Part shown: positions 62,504-64,000 of the stretch, one piece after another
Numbering within the stretch: the stretch's first letter is position 1
Layout: every line of letters starts with the position of its first letter
NCBI RefSeq assembly: GCF_006345805.1
Contig: NC_043010.1
Span: 67,146,001-67,210,000 of the forward strand
Source: Octopus sinensis
Taxonomy: Eukaryota
Direction of reading: 5' to 3'
Length of the DNA: 64,000 bases
Position numbers and translations under genes: made by a program
The notes under the pieces: model-generated
Database searches by the model: none
Seen by the model: only the letters and a program-made list of their open reading frames with translations
Told to the model about the DNA's origin: nothing

Positions 62504-63427
62504 ATGCTTCAACACATGAACTCACATAAACAATCTTGCAAACCAAATCCCAAAATCAAAATAAAAACACAGACAACAATATTTTTTTAAAGAATGGTAT
62601 AATTTACAAGAACATTAGATAAAGTAACCCACCCATCATACATTTATAGAAGCATCATTGAAGGTCAAAACCTAAAAGACCAGGGCAGGGAGAGAAGCAA
62701 GGAATAAACAGCTCAATGTTGAGAACAGTAGAGAGAAGAGCCATTCGAGTGTGGTTGTTGCCAGTGCCATCTGACTGGCTCCTGTGCTGGTGGCACATAA
62801 AAAGCACCATTCAAGCATGTTTGATGGCAGTACCACCTGACTGGCCCTCATGCCGGTGGCACGTAAAAAGCACCCACTACATTCTCGGAGTAGTTGCTAT
62901 TAGGTAGGGCATTCAGCTGTAGAAACCTTGCCAGAGAATATTGGAGCCTGGTACAGCCTTCTGGTTCACCAGTCCTCAGTCAAACCGTCCAACCTATGCC
63001 AGCATGGAAAGCGGACGTTAAACGATGATGATGATGACGATGACATACATAAATGTATGTATACACACACACACACACACACACACAGATAGGACACACA
63101 AACTATGGACTCCAAGGAAATTAAACTTGATGATGGTGGTTTGTGTCAGCAGAATGTTATGCAGAGAAGATCGTGAGATATGATAAGTTTATATGTCAAT
63201 GGGAGAAATAGAATTTGATATTTCAGGACAGACCCGAGGGAAAAAAGATAATTTTTAAAAATCAAGATTAAATTTGTTTTTTTTTCTTTTTCTTTCAGAC
63301 AAAATGGTCTGTCCCAAAATGCCAGTTTTCTCTTCGATTCCTTTTCGCATTATATAAAATTACCAAAACTCCTGAACATTAATGTATAGACATAGGCACG
63401 GCTGTGTGGTAAGTAGCTTGTGGTAAG

Positions 63428-63624
63428 GTGGCGAGCTGGCAGAAACGTTAGCACGCCGGGTGAAATGCTTAGCAGTATTTCGTCTGTCGCTACATTCTGA
63501 GTTCAAATTCCGCCAAGGTTGACTTTGCCATTCAACCTTTCGGGGTTGATTAAATAAGTACCAGTTACACAACTGGGGTTGATGTAATCAACTTAATCCG
63601 TTTGTCTGTCCTTGTTTGTCTCCT
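63428..63624 (+). mobile_element. SINE A, 3'-truncated by a 32-bp tandem array
   Basis: Family A head and body present; the tail is replaced at 63625. Confidence 0.8.
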
Positions 63625-63892
63625 CTGAGTTACATTTGAATCACTTTCATAAACACCTGAGTTACATTTGAACCACATTCATAAACACCTGGATTACATT
63701 TGAATCACTTTCATAAACACCTGAGTTACATTTGAACCCCATTCATAAACACCTGAGTTACATTTGAATCACTTTCATAAACACCTGAGTTACATTTGAA
63801 CCCCATTCATAGACACCTGGGTTACATTTGAATCACTTTCATAGACACCTGGGTTACATTTGAATCACATTCATAAACACCTGAGTTACATT
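63625..63892. repeat. 32-bp tandem array, 8 full units plus 12 nt
   Basis: CTGAGTTACATTTGAATCACTTTCATAAACAC head-to-tail with no spacers. Confidence 0.95.
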
Positions 63893-64000
63893 GATACTAA
63901 GCAAGGTCTCTAGAAACACGTGATTAGTAAGAGGTAATATGTAGCTCCAGATTCCTGGTTTTTAAATATAGGTGAGATGTGTGTGATAGGTGATATCTCA

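Noticed and set aside
63625-63892. CRISPR-like 32-bp repeats
   Set aside because: No spacers, no cas genes, eukaryotic context.

Overview
Eukaryotic, AT-rich, microsatellite- and SINE-dense DNA. The repeat content looks like an Octopus (coleoid cephalopod) genome; this is an inference, not a database result. The only confidently identified host gene is a complete 8-exon YKT6 (longin R-SNARE, 198 aa, minus strand, CDS 27079->2875). I assembled it by hand; all introns are GT-AG and the frame is continuous. A second minus-strand transcription unit may run from an ETS-rich promoter at ~46.1 kb to a terminal exon at ~27.4-27.5 kb, but I cannot identify its product. The rest is tRNA-derived SINE families, fragments of RTE, CR1-group, CRE and Dong/R4 LINEs, Tc1/mariner, hAT and Helitron/Helentron non-autonomous elements, fold-back palindromes, mini- and microsatellites, and one 100-N gap. 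The most notable hidden signal is a set of type I hammerhead ribozyme motifs carried by several unrelated repeats. One is canonical (44864-44958), three are near-canonical (14290, 23345, 56034) and others are decayed. Almost all ORFs in the supplied track are microsatellite or repeat artefacts. No rRNA, genuine tRNA gene or CRISPR array was seen.
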